Origin: Alphaproteobacteria bacterium | GTDB lineage: Bacteria > Pseudomonadota > Alphaproteobacteria > UBA7887 | DNA length: 64,000 bases | Assembly (NCBI GenBank): GCA_965216755.1 | Contig: CBDCGL010000011.1 | Coordinates: 480,001 to 544,000 of the forward strand | Direction: 5' to 3' | In this document: positions 56,348 through 64,000 of the stretch, piece after piece | How the letters are laid out: each line of letters opens with the position of its first letter | How positions within the stretch are numbered: position 1 is the first letter of the stretch | Notes under the pieces: generated by a model | The model's database searches: none | The model's input: only the letters and a program-made list of their open reading frames with translations | Told to the model about the DNA's origin: nothing | Program-made: the position numbers and the translations under genes

Positions 56348-58144
56348 TTACTCAGCCTTCTGCATCACATAACTCCCGGGCGCCGGCATTAGTGCCGGCA
56401 AATCGCCGTCGCCGGGCGTGCGCGCCCCCACCATGGGCCCGCAAAGCTTGGCATTCCATTTCTGCCAATCGACCCACCATGATTCGTCGTGCTGCTTGGC
56501 ATTGCGTAGCCAGACTTCCGGATCAATTGGCAGTTTGCCGTTGGTCCAATGGCCATACTTCGCGTTGGGCGGCGCGTTGGTCATCCCGGCAATATGCCCA
56601 GAGCCGCCGAGAACAAATCGCTTGGGTCCACCGAAAATCTGGGTTGCCTTATACGCGGACATCCAAGGTGCGATATGGTCTTCCTTGGTCCCCACGACGT
56701 AGACCGGTTGCTTAACCTGCGACAAGTCGATCTTGACGCCGTTGATTTCCAATCCACCCGGCTGTGCCAGCAGGTTCTTTTGATACATATTGCGCAGATA
56801 GAATGAATGCATGCGCGCCGGCATGCGCGTGCTGTCTGAGTTCCAAAACAAGAGATCAAACGGGAACGGATCGCGCCCCATCAGGTAATTGTTGACAACA
56901 AACGACCAAATCAGGTCATTGGCGCGAAGCATGTTGAAAGTGGTGGACATGGCACTGGCTTCCAAAAAACCGCCACTGTCCTCCATTCGCTCTTCGAGCG
57001 CGGTCAATTGTTCTTCGTCGATGAACACAGCCAATTCGCCGGGTGTCTCGAAATCGACTTGCGCCGCCAGGAAAGTCGCACCCTTGACCCGATCATCGCC
57101 CTTTGCCGCCATATAGCCGAGCGCCGTAGCCAGCAACGTGCCGCCCAGGCACAAGCCCAGTGTCGTTACGTCGCGCACCCCGGTGGCTTTTTCGATGGCG
57201 TCGAACGCGGTCAGTAGGCCTTCGATCACATAGGAATCGAAATCCTTGTCAGCGAGACGCACGTCGGGGTTAACCCAGGAAATGATAAAGGTAGTAAAGC
57301 CTTGTTCGGTGGCCCACCGAACGAACGAATTTTTCGGTCTCAGATCTAAAATGTAATATTTATTGATCCATGGCGGCACGACCAACAATGGTATTTTATG
57401 AACTTTTTCGGTCGTGGGCGCATACTGGATCAGCTCAAACAAATCATTGCGAAAGACAACTTGCCCGGGCGTTGCGGCGACGTTCTCGCCGACTTTGAAC
57501 GCCTCCATATCGGTCATCTTAATTCGTAGCTGGCCGTGGTCGTTGTCCAGATCGTCCAAGAGATTGCCCAATCCCTTGACCAAGTTTTGTCCATTTGAAC
57601 TGAAGGTTTCGCGCAGGACCTCCGGGTTGGTCAGCACGAAATTGCTGGGTGCCATGGCGTCCGCAAACTGGCGCGTATAGAAATCCACCTTTTGCGCGGT
57701 CTTGCCGTCCAGCCCGTCGACATCGTTGACTGTTGCCTGCATCCAACGCGCCGTCAGAAGGTATGACTGTTTGATAAAGTCGAACAGGGCGCTCTCTTCC
57801 CAAGCGGCATCCTTGAAGCGGCGATCTCCAGGTTCTGGGGAAACCACGGCGTTTGGGTCTTGGCCGAGCATCCGCTGTGCGGTGTTCTGCCACAAACGCA
57901 TATAGTCCTGCCAAAGCAGCATTTGCGCCTGAACGGCTTTCATGGGGTTCGCCATCATGCGCGTGGTCAATTCAAGAAAGGCGTTGCCGATATTTAATGG
58001 GTCAGCCATGCCAAGGTTGTCTGGCGATTGCCGTTGGATAAATGCTTGAATTAGACGCTGGCTCTGCTCGGCGATCTTGGCCATGTTCTGCGCGAACTCA
58101 GCCGCATCAGGTGTTTCGGTCGTATCGCGGTTCGAATCAACCAT
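56348..58144 (-). CDS. phaC: Class I poly(3-hydroxyalkanoate) synthase
   Basis: DRRF....W, PPWINKYYILDL, GLCLGG lipase box, WNSD, EDHIAPW, SGHIAG; start uncertain (58144 or 58159). Confidence 0.96.
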   Translation of the reverse strand: MVDSNRDTTETPDAAEFAQNMAKIAEQSQRLIQAFIQRQSPDNLGMADPLNIGNAFLELTTRMMANPMKAVQAQMLLWQDYMRLWQNTAQRMLGQDPNAVVSPEPGDRRFKDAAWEESALFDFIKQSYLLTARWMQATVNDVDGLDGKTAQKVDFYTRQFADAMAPSNFVLTNPEVLRETFSSNGQNLVKGLGNLLDDLDNDHGQLRIKMTDMEAFKVGENVAATPGQVVFRNDLFELIQYAPTTEKVHKIPLLVVPPWINKYYILDLRPKNSFVRWATEQGFTTFIISWVNPDVRLADKDFDSYVIEGLLTAFDAIEKATGVRDVTTLGLCLGGTLLATALGYMAAKGDDRVKGATFLAAQVDFETPGELAVFIDEEQLTALEERMEDSGGFLEASAMSTTFNMLRANDLIWSFVVNNYLMGRDPFPFDLLFWNSDSTRMPARMHSFYLRNMYQKNLLAQPGGLEINGVKIDLSQVKQPVYVVGTKEDHIAPWMSAYKATQIFGGPKRFVLGGSGHIAGMTNAPPNAKYGHWTNGKLPIDPEVWLRNAKQHDESWWVDWQKWNAKLCGPMVGARTPGDGDLPALMPAPGSYVMQKAE

Positions 58145-58323
58145 CGTTCCCTGTTCCATTCCCAACGTGTAGGGCGCGCGCGAACGCCTCGAATATGGCT
58201 TTGCTGCACTGCAGCGAAAACTTGTACCAGCTTTTCCTTGCGATGCACCAGCAGATTTACGATGTTCTGCTTGGTGGTCCGAGTGATCCGGGCCGCGTTG
58301 GACAACCATCGGGTGAGGCAGGA

Positions 58324-59283
58324 ATGCGCGCGTGGAGCAAGGCGCCGGGGCGAACAGCGGCCGGCGACGGCATTGACGCCAGCGACAATGAAGCGACCAG
58401 ATCTTGCCGCTTCAGGCGCGCCCTGTACGCGTGCGTGGCCGTCCTGGCGGTTTCTGGTTGTTCGGCTTTGCCGGAGTCATTGGATCCGGTTTCGTGGTTG
58501 CGGGCGGCAGACGATGCCGTGACCGCAGACCAAAGTGAGGAAGATCGGACACTGGCCGCGCGGGCTGCGAGCGAGAGAGCCGAGCCGATCCCGGGCGCCG
58601 ACCGCCCGTTTCCGAGGCTCGGCGAAGTACCAGGTGCGCCGCCGCCCGTGGCCGATATAGAACGTCGGCGTCAGCTCGCCGATTCCCTGGCAGCTGAGCG
58701 CGCCAACGCGCGATACTCGGAACAGACAATCGCGGCGGCACGCGCGGCTGATGGCAGTGCGCCAAGCGCGCCCATGCCACCCCAATCAGCGCCACCGCCA
58801 CCGCCTTATGAGGCGCAATCAGAGGCTTACGAGAGCACGTACCAGGATGCCTTCGCGCGTTCGGCCGAGACGGCGATGGCCCCGCCGGAGTCTGGCCGGG
58901 TGGCGTCGACCGGTCGGGTTCATGTTGCTGTCATTTATTTTGGCAGCGGGTCGTCAAAGTTGAGTGGTTCGGACAAGGATGTGCTGCGGCAGGTGGTCCA
59001 GCTCTATCGGAATCATGGCGGGCAGTTGCGCGTTGTTGGTCATGCGAGCGGGCCGACTGGCAAGGCCGATATTGCCGAGCAGAAAATACTCAACTACCGG
59101 ATGTCCGAAGATCGCGCCCAAGCGGTCGCGCAGGAGCTTATGCGGTTGGGCGTCCGTCCCGAGCAGGTGATCGTGAATGCAGTGTCCGACACACAACGGA
59201 TTTATGCAGAGGACACGCCCGTCGGCGAAGCAGCGAACCGACGAGCCGACATCTACATAGACGGACCACAGCGGCCGATCTGA
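58324..59283 (+). CDS. OmpA-family (peptidoglycan-binding) lipoprotein
   Basis: Lipobox VSGC; Pro-rich linker; IYF..GS..L, V.GHAS, N..MS..RA..V...L, NRRADI. Start uncertain. Confidence 0.85.
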   Translation: MRAWSKAPGRTAAGDGIDASDNEATRSCRFRRALYACVAVLAVSGCSALPESLDPVSWLRAADDAVTADQSEEDRTLAARAASERAEPIPGADRPFPRLGEVPGAPPPVADIERRRQLADSLAAERANARYSEQTIAAARAADGSAPSAPMPPQSAPPPPPYEAQSEAYESTYQDAFARSAETAMAPPESGRVASTGRVHVAVIYFGSGSSKLSGSDKDVLRQVVQLYRNHGGQLRVVGHASGPTGKADIAEQKILNYRMSEDRAQAVAQELMRLGVRPEQVIVNAVSDTQRIYAEDTPVGEAANRRADIYIDGPQRPI

Positions 59284-59327
59284 GTTAGAGTTAGGTGTCT
59301 GTTTGAATTACGACGAAGCACCATTTC

Positions 59328-60563
59328 ATGGAGAATGAATTTGAGCGGGTAAAGCGATTGCCGCCCTATGTGTTCGCCGAAGTGAACACGATGAAAGCGG
59401 CCGCGCGCGCGGCAGGCCGGGATATTATCGATTTCGGCATGGGAAATCCTGATGCGCCGACGCCGCCGCATATTGTCGAGAAACTGGTCGAAACGGTACG
59501 CAACCCGCGCACCCACCGCTATTCCGTTTCTCGGGGCATTCCCGGATTGCGGCGCGCTTTGGCAGCCTACTACGATCGCCGTTTTGGGGTCGACCTGGAT
59601 CCGGAAACCGAAGCGATCGTGACCCTAGGATCCAAGGAAGGCTTGGCGAATCTGGCCTCGGCTATCGGCGCGCCGGGCGACGTCATATTGGTGCCAAATC
59701 CCAGCTACCCGATCCACCCTTACGGATTTGTCATTGCGGGCGCCGCGGTGCGGCACATCCCGACCGGGCCCGGATTTGACCTTCTCGACGAGATCGACCG
59801 CGCAGTCAAACACAGCGTGCCGCGGCCGCGTGCCTTGGTGTTGAACTATCCGCGCAATCCGACAGCCGAAACGGTAGATCTGGCATTTTACGAAGAGATC
59901 GTGGCGTACGCGCGCAAGCACAATATGTACCTCCTTTCGGATCTCGCCTACGCGGAGATCTATTTCGATATCGATCCGCCGCCGTCGATATTGCAAGTGC
60001 CTGGCGCGCGCGAAGTGGCGGTGGAATTCACATCGTTGAGCAAGACCTACTCCATGCCCGGTTGGCGGATCGGTTTCGCCGCTGGCAATCCAAAGCTGAT
60101 CAATGCGTTGGCACGGATCAAGTCTTACTTGGATTATGGAGCCTTCACGCCGATACAAGTCGCGGCGACGGCGGCATTGAATGGACCGCAAGATTGCGTC
60201 GACGACATTCGCCGGCGCTATCGTGAGCGTCGAGATGTGTTGATAGAAGGACTCAATGCGGCCAATTGGCCCGTGGCACCGCCGCAGGCGACGATGTTTG
60301 TGTGGGCACCAATTCCGGAGCCCTTCTGTGCGATGGGTTCATTAGAGTTTTCGAAACGCCTTTTGCAGGAGGCTGAGGTGGCGGTGTCTCCTGGCTTTGG
60401 TTTTGGCGAATATGGCGAGGGCTTTGTCCGCATCGCCCTGGTCGAGAATCGCCAACGCATTCGCCAAGCAGCCCGTAACATCAGGGCGTTCATGCAAGGC
60501 GCGGACCCGGCGCGCCCGGCGGTGAAAGATCATTCGGGGCCTGGCCAGGCGCTGGCGTCATGA
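59328..60563 (+). CDS. alaC: PLP-dependent class I aminotransferase, AlaC-like (often annotated LL-DAP aminotransferase)
   Basis: RLPPYVF, DFGMGNPD, GSKEGL, SLSKTYSMPGWRIGF, KSYLDYG.F. Confidence 0.88.
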   Translation: MENEFERVKRLPPYVFAEVNTMKAAARAAGRDIIDFGMGNPDAPTPPHIVEKLVETVRNPRTHRYSVSRGIPGLRRALAAYYDRRFGVDLDPETEAIVTLGSKEGLANLASAIGAPGDVILVPNPSYPIHPYGFVIAGAAVRHIPTGPGFDLLDEIDRAVKHSVPRPRALVLNYPRNPTAETVDLAFYEEIVAYARKHNMYLLSDLAYAEIYFDIDPPPSILQVPGAREVAVEFTSLSKTYSMPGWRIGFAAGNPKLINALARIKSYLDYGAFTPIQVAATAALNGPQDCVDDIRRRYRERRDVLIEGLNAANWPVAPPQATMFVWAPIPEPFCAMGSLEFSKRLLQEAEVAVSPGFGFGEYGEGFVRIALVENRQRIRQAARNIRAFMQGADPARPAVKDHSGPGQALAS

Positions 60564-61861
60564 CCAAACCTTTGCGCATAGCGATCGCTGGTCTGGGCAC
60601 TGTCGGCGCCGGCACTGTTCGGCTGTTGGACGAGCATCGCGACTTGCTGGGGCTCCATTGCGGTCGCGCCATCGATGTCGTCGCTGTTTCCGCTCGAGAT
60701 CGTAATCGCGATCGCGGCATCGATTTGCGTGACACAACCTGGCACGACAACGCCATGGCACTTGCCGAAGCCGAATGTGATGTTGTTGTTGAATTGATCG
60801 GTGGCGAGGATGGCATTGCCCTGGACTTGGTGAAGGCGGCGTTGTCGCAGGGCAAGCATGTGGTCACCGCGAACAAGGCACTATTGGCGCATCACGGTAC
60901 TGAACTGGCGACGTTGGCCGAAACGAACGGATCGCTCTTGGCATATGAGGCGGCCGTTGCCGGCGGTATTCCGATCATCAAAGCGCTCCGCGAAGGCTTG
61001 GTCGCGAATCGGATCGAGCGCGTCTACGGGATACTCAACGGCACGTGCAACTATATCTTGACCGAGATGGAGCAGACCGGCCGGCCGTTCACTGATGTCC
61101 TGGCTGACGCGCAGGCCCATGGCTACGCCGAAGCGGATCCCAGTTTCGACATCGACGGTATCGACACCGCCCATAAACTGGCGATCATTACGAGTTTGGC
61201 GTTTGGCAGTGAGATCGATTTCGATTCGGTCTATGTCGAAGGAATCCGGGCCGTTACGCCACTCGACATTGTCTTCGCCGACGAACTTGGCTACCGGCTC
61301 AAATTGCTCGGCGTGGCGCGCCGAATCGGCGACCGACTCGAGCAACGCGTTCACCCCTGCATGGTTCCGAAGTCGGCGGCTATCGCCCATGTCAGCGGCG
61401 TGCTCAACGCGGTCGTTGCTGAAGGCGATTTCGTTGGCAATACAGTGTTCGAAGGCGCCGGCGCCGGCGCCGGCCCAACCGCTTCGGCCGTCGTCGCGGA
61501 TTTGGTCGACGTCGCGTCCGGCCGCGCCGGGCTTGCGTTCGGCGTCCGCGCGCGCGATCTGGTGGTTGTCGATCCTCTGCCGATGGACGAACGTTTTGGA
61601 TCCTACTTTGTCCGACTCATGGTCGTTGACCGCCCCGGTGTGATCGCGGACATTACGGCTTGTTTTCGGGATCACGACGTATCAATGGAAGCGATGGTGC
61701 AGCGCGCACGCAAGCCTGGCGAAGCAGTGCCTGTGGTTGTAACAACTCATGAAGTCGTCGAGCGGTCGATGGCTGCCGCGCTGTCTCAGATCGGCCGCCT
61801 CGACACGGTGCTCGAACCGCCGCGGCTTATCCGCATCGAGTCTTTCGACGGACGCTTGTGA
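60560..61861 (+). CDS. hom: Homoserine dehydrogenase with ACT domain
   Basis: GLGTVG, VVTANKA, EAAVAGGIP, GILNGTCNYIL, GAGAGPTASAV, DRPGV. Confidence 0.97.
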   Translation: MTKPLRIAIAGLGTVGAGTVRLLDEHRDLLGLHCGRAIDVVAVSARDRNRDRGIDLRDTTWHDNAMALAEAECDVVVELIGGEDGIALDLVKAALSQGKHVVTANKALLAHHGTELATLAETNGSLLAYEAAVAGGIPIIKALREGLVANRIERVYGILNGTCNYILTEMEQTGRPFTDVLADAQAHGYAEADPSFDIDGIDTAHKLAIITSLAFGSEIDFDSVYVEGIRAVTPLDIVFADELGYRLKLLGVARRIGDRLEQRVHPCMVPKSAAIAHVSGVLNAVVAEGDFVGNTVFEGAGAGAGPTASAVVADLVDVASGRAGLAFGVRARDLVVVDPLPMDERFGSYFVRLMVVDRPGVIADITACFRDHDVSMEAMVQRARKPGEAVPVVVTTHEVVERSMAAALSQIGRLDTVLEPPRLIRIESFDGRL

Positions 61862-61899
61862 GCGATAAATTCACCTCGATCATCCAATAGGGAAGAATC

Positions 61900-62886
61900 A
61901 TGGATGAGACCCAAACGCTAGACCGCAATCTGGCTCTGGAGGTCGTGCGGGTTACGGAAGCGGCCGCCTTGTCATGTTCGCGTTTTATGGGGCGCGGCGA
62001 CGAACGCGCGGCGGATCAAGCCGCTGTCGATGCGATGCGCAAGGCTTTGAACGGTTTGTCCATCGACGGCACGGTCGTGATCGGCGAAGGCGAACGTGAT
62101 GAAGCGCCGATGTTGTATGTCGGCGAAAAGGTTGGGGCGGGCGGACCGAAAGTCGATATTGCGTTAGATCCGCTCGAAGGCACGACGATCTGCGCAACTG
62201 GTGGGCCCAATGCCTTGGCGGTCATCGCCATGGCGCAAGAAGGGGGGTTGCTCAACTCGCCAGATGTATACATGGACAAGATCGCGATTGGCGGCGGCTT
62301 GCCGGCTGGCGTTGTCGATTTGGACGAGAGCGTCAAAACCAATCTCGCCAATCTTGCCAAGGCAAAGAAACGTGATGTTTCCGACCTGGTCGCGTGCATT
62401 CTCAATCGTCCGCGCCATGAGGAACTTATCGCCGAGGCGCGCGAGGCGGGTGTGCGGATCCAACTTATCCAGGATGGCGACGTTGCCGGCGTCATCGCGA
62501 CCGCGCTTGAAGACACGGGAATCGACATCTATCTGGGCAGCGGCGGCGCGCCCGAAGGGGTCTTGGCGGCCGCCGCACTGCGCTGCATCGGTGGTCAAAT
62601 GCTTGGGCGGCTGATCTTTCGCAATGACGACGAGAAAAAAAGGGCAGCGCGCGTCGGCATCACCGACTTGAATCGCAAATACTCGATGGAAGAAATGGCC
62701 CATGGCGACGTCATGTTTGCGGCAACCGGCGTAACGGACGGTTCAATGTTGCGGGGCGTGCGACGCACGGGCAATGGCGCGACCACGCAATCGTTGGTCA
62801 TGCGGTCGAAATCCGGCACTGTGCGCGTTATTGACGGCCGACACGATTTCAAGCGGAAGGGTCAGCTTTCGGGTGTGCCCCGCTGA
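61900..62886 (+). CDS. glpX: Class II fructose-1,6-bisphosphatase
   Basis: RVTEAAA, VIGEGERDEAPML, DPLEGT, DGDV, GGAPEGV, ATGVTDG. Confidence 0.97.
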   Translation: MDETQTLDRNLALEVVRVTEAAALSCSRFMGRGDERAADQAAVDAMRKALNGLSIDGTVVIGEGERDEAPMLYVGEKVGAGGPKVDIALDPLEGTTICATGGPNALAVIAMAQEGGLLNSPDVYMDKIAIGGGLPAGVVDLDESVKTNLANLAKAKKRDVSDLVACILNRPRHEELIAEAREAGVRIQLIQDGDVAGVIATALEDTGIDIYLGSGGAPEGVLAAAALRCIGGQMLGRLIFRNDDEKKRAARVGITDLNRKYSMEEMAHGDVMFAATGVTDGSMLRGVRRTGNGATTQSLVMRSKSGTVRVIDGRHDFKRKGQLSGVPR

Positions 62887-64000
62887 GTGTCAACACGCAA
62901 GCCAGTGTGACGCGTTTCTCGGTGTAGACCGGTCGATCGGTGGGCGCCGATGGCAGGCGCGCTGCAGCGACGAACGGATGGCCTTGGCCATAGCTCAAGC
63001 CATCGACGCACCGGAGATTGTTGGACGCGTTCTGGCCGGCCGTGGCGTCTCGGTAGAGCACGCCGATGGCTATTTGAACCCGAAAATGAAACACCTGATG
63101 CCCGACCCGTCGACGGTACGGGACATGGATGTGGCGGTCCCACATTTGGTCGCGGCGATCGATGCTGGCGAGAAACTTGCCGTGTTTGGTGACTATGACG
63201 TGGACGGCGCCACCTCTTCGGCGTTGCTCGCGTCATATTTCGCGGATTTGGGCGTCGCCTTCGAAGTTTACATCCCGGATCGGCGGCGTGAAGGCTACGG
63301 TCCCAATGTGCCAGCGCTTCAACAACTGCACGCGAAAGGTGTGCGAACCGTGATCACCGTCGATTGCGGTACGACGTCCTATGACGCCCTGACTGCGGCG
63401 CGCGACATGGGGCTGGAGGTCATCGTCGTTGACCACCACTTGGCTGAGACGGCGTTGCCGCGTTGTCGGGCCGTGGTCAACCCAAACCGTCTTGACGACA
63501 ACAGCGGCTTGGGCGCGTTGGCCGCGGTCGGTGTCACATTCCTGTTGGTTGTCGCTCTCAACCGTGCCCTGCGGAAAGGCGGCTATTTTGACAAGCGCGC
63601 TGAGCCCTCTTTGATGCAATGGCTGGATCTGGTGGCGTTGGGCACCGTGTGTGACTTGGTGCCTATGATCGGCCTCAATCGGGCGCTGGTCGTACAGGGG
63701 CTTAAGATTCTAGGCCAGCGTCGCAATGTTGGGCTCGCGGCGCTTGCCGATGTGGCCGGTGCCGCCAACACACCAGATACGTATATGCTGGGATATGTGC
63801 TCGGACCCAGAATTAACGCTGGCGGTCGTGTCGGACAGGCGCGGCTGGGACACGAGCTGATAATGTCTGCATCCGAGGCAACGGCAACAGACATGGCGCG
63901 CCAGCTCGACACTTTGAATGCCGAGCGCAAGGCAATCGAAGCCGACGTGCTCGCACAGGCTGAAACACAGGTTAACCTGGCCGGCGAACTGCCCCCGGTG
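62873..64000 (+). CDS. recJ: Single-stranded-DNA exonuclease RecJ, truncated at the window edge
   Basis: Frame read manually: FLGV.RS..GRRW, FGDYDVDGATS, YIPDR..EGYG, TVDCG, VVDHH, ALGTVCD, GPRINAGGR. GTG start at 62873 inferred. Confidence 0.94.
   Translation, partial: MCPAECQHASQCDAFLGVDRSIGGRRWQARCSDERMALAIAQAIDAPEIVGRVLAGRGVSVEHADGYLNPKMKHLMPDPSTVRDMDVAVPHLVAAIDAGEKLAVFGDYDVDGATSSALLASYFADLGVAFEVYIPDRRREGYGPNVPALQQLHAKGVRTVITVDCGTTSYDALTAARDMGLEVIVVDHHLAETALPRCRAVVNPNRLDDNSGLGALAAVGVTFLLVVALNRALRKGGYFDKRAEPSLMQWLDLVALGTVCDLVPMIGLNRALVVQGLKILGQRRNVGLAALADVAGAANTPDTYMLGYVLGPRINAGGRVGQARLGHELIMSASEATATDMARQLDTLNAERKAIEADVLAQAETQVNLAGELPPV

Overview
64-kb window from an alphaproteobacterial chromosome, probably Rhodospirillales-like (inferred from the core gene order gor-DAHP synthase-nadE-cysS-cimA-trmJ-rpsD and phaC-alaC-hom-glpX-recJ). 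The left ~19.7 kb ends at the 3' end of a tRNA-Val(CAC) and looks like an accessory island. It holds a divergent respiratory nitrate reductase operon (partial narG, narHJI), a fused NarK1-NarK2 plus a second NarK, a hemerythrin, a decayed c-type cytochrome gene, IS3/IS5/IS1182 debris around an intact uncharacterised molybdopterin oxidoreductase, a TfdA-like dioxygenase, an alkyl-DHAP-synthase-like flavoprotein and a MITE-like element. The remainder is mostly housekeeping, with several unusual inserts: (1) an exported cytochrome P460-family protein with ~50 cysteines in CNPC repeats; (2) a secreted protein of three 36-aa repeats resembling functional-amyloid/beta-solenoid subunits; (3) a TetR regulator plus a signal-peptide-bearing haloalkane dehalogenase sharing a 23-bp operator; (4) an exported isochorismatase-family enzyme; (5) an XDH-family Mo-hydroxylase with an AYRAPG motif; (6) an orphan radical SAM/SPASM enzyme. 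No rRNA or CRISPR array was seen. All product calls come from motif recognition by eye; no database searches were run.
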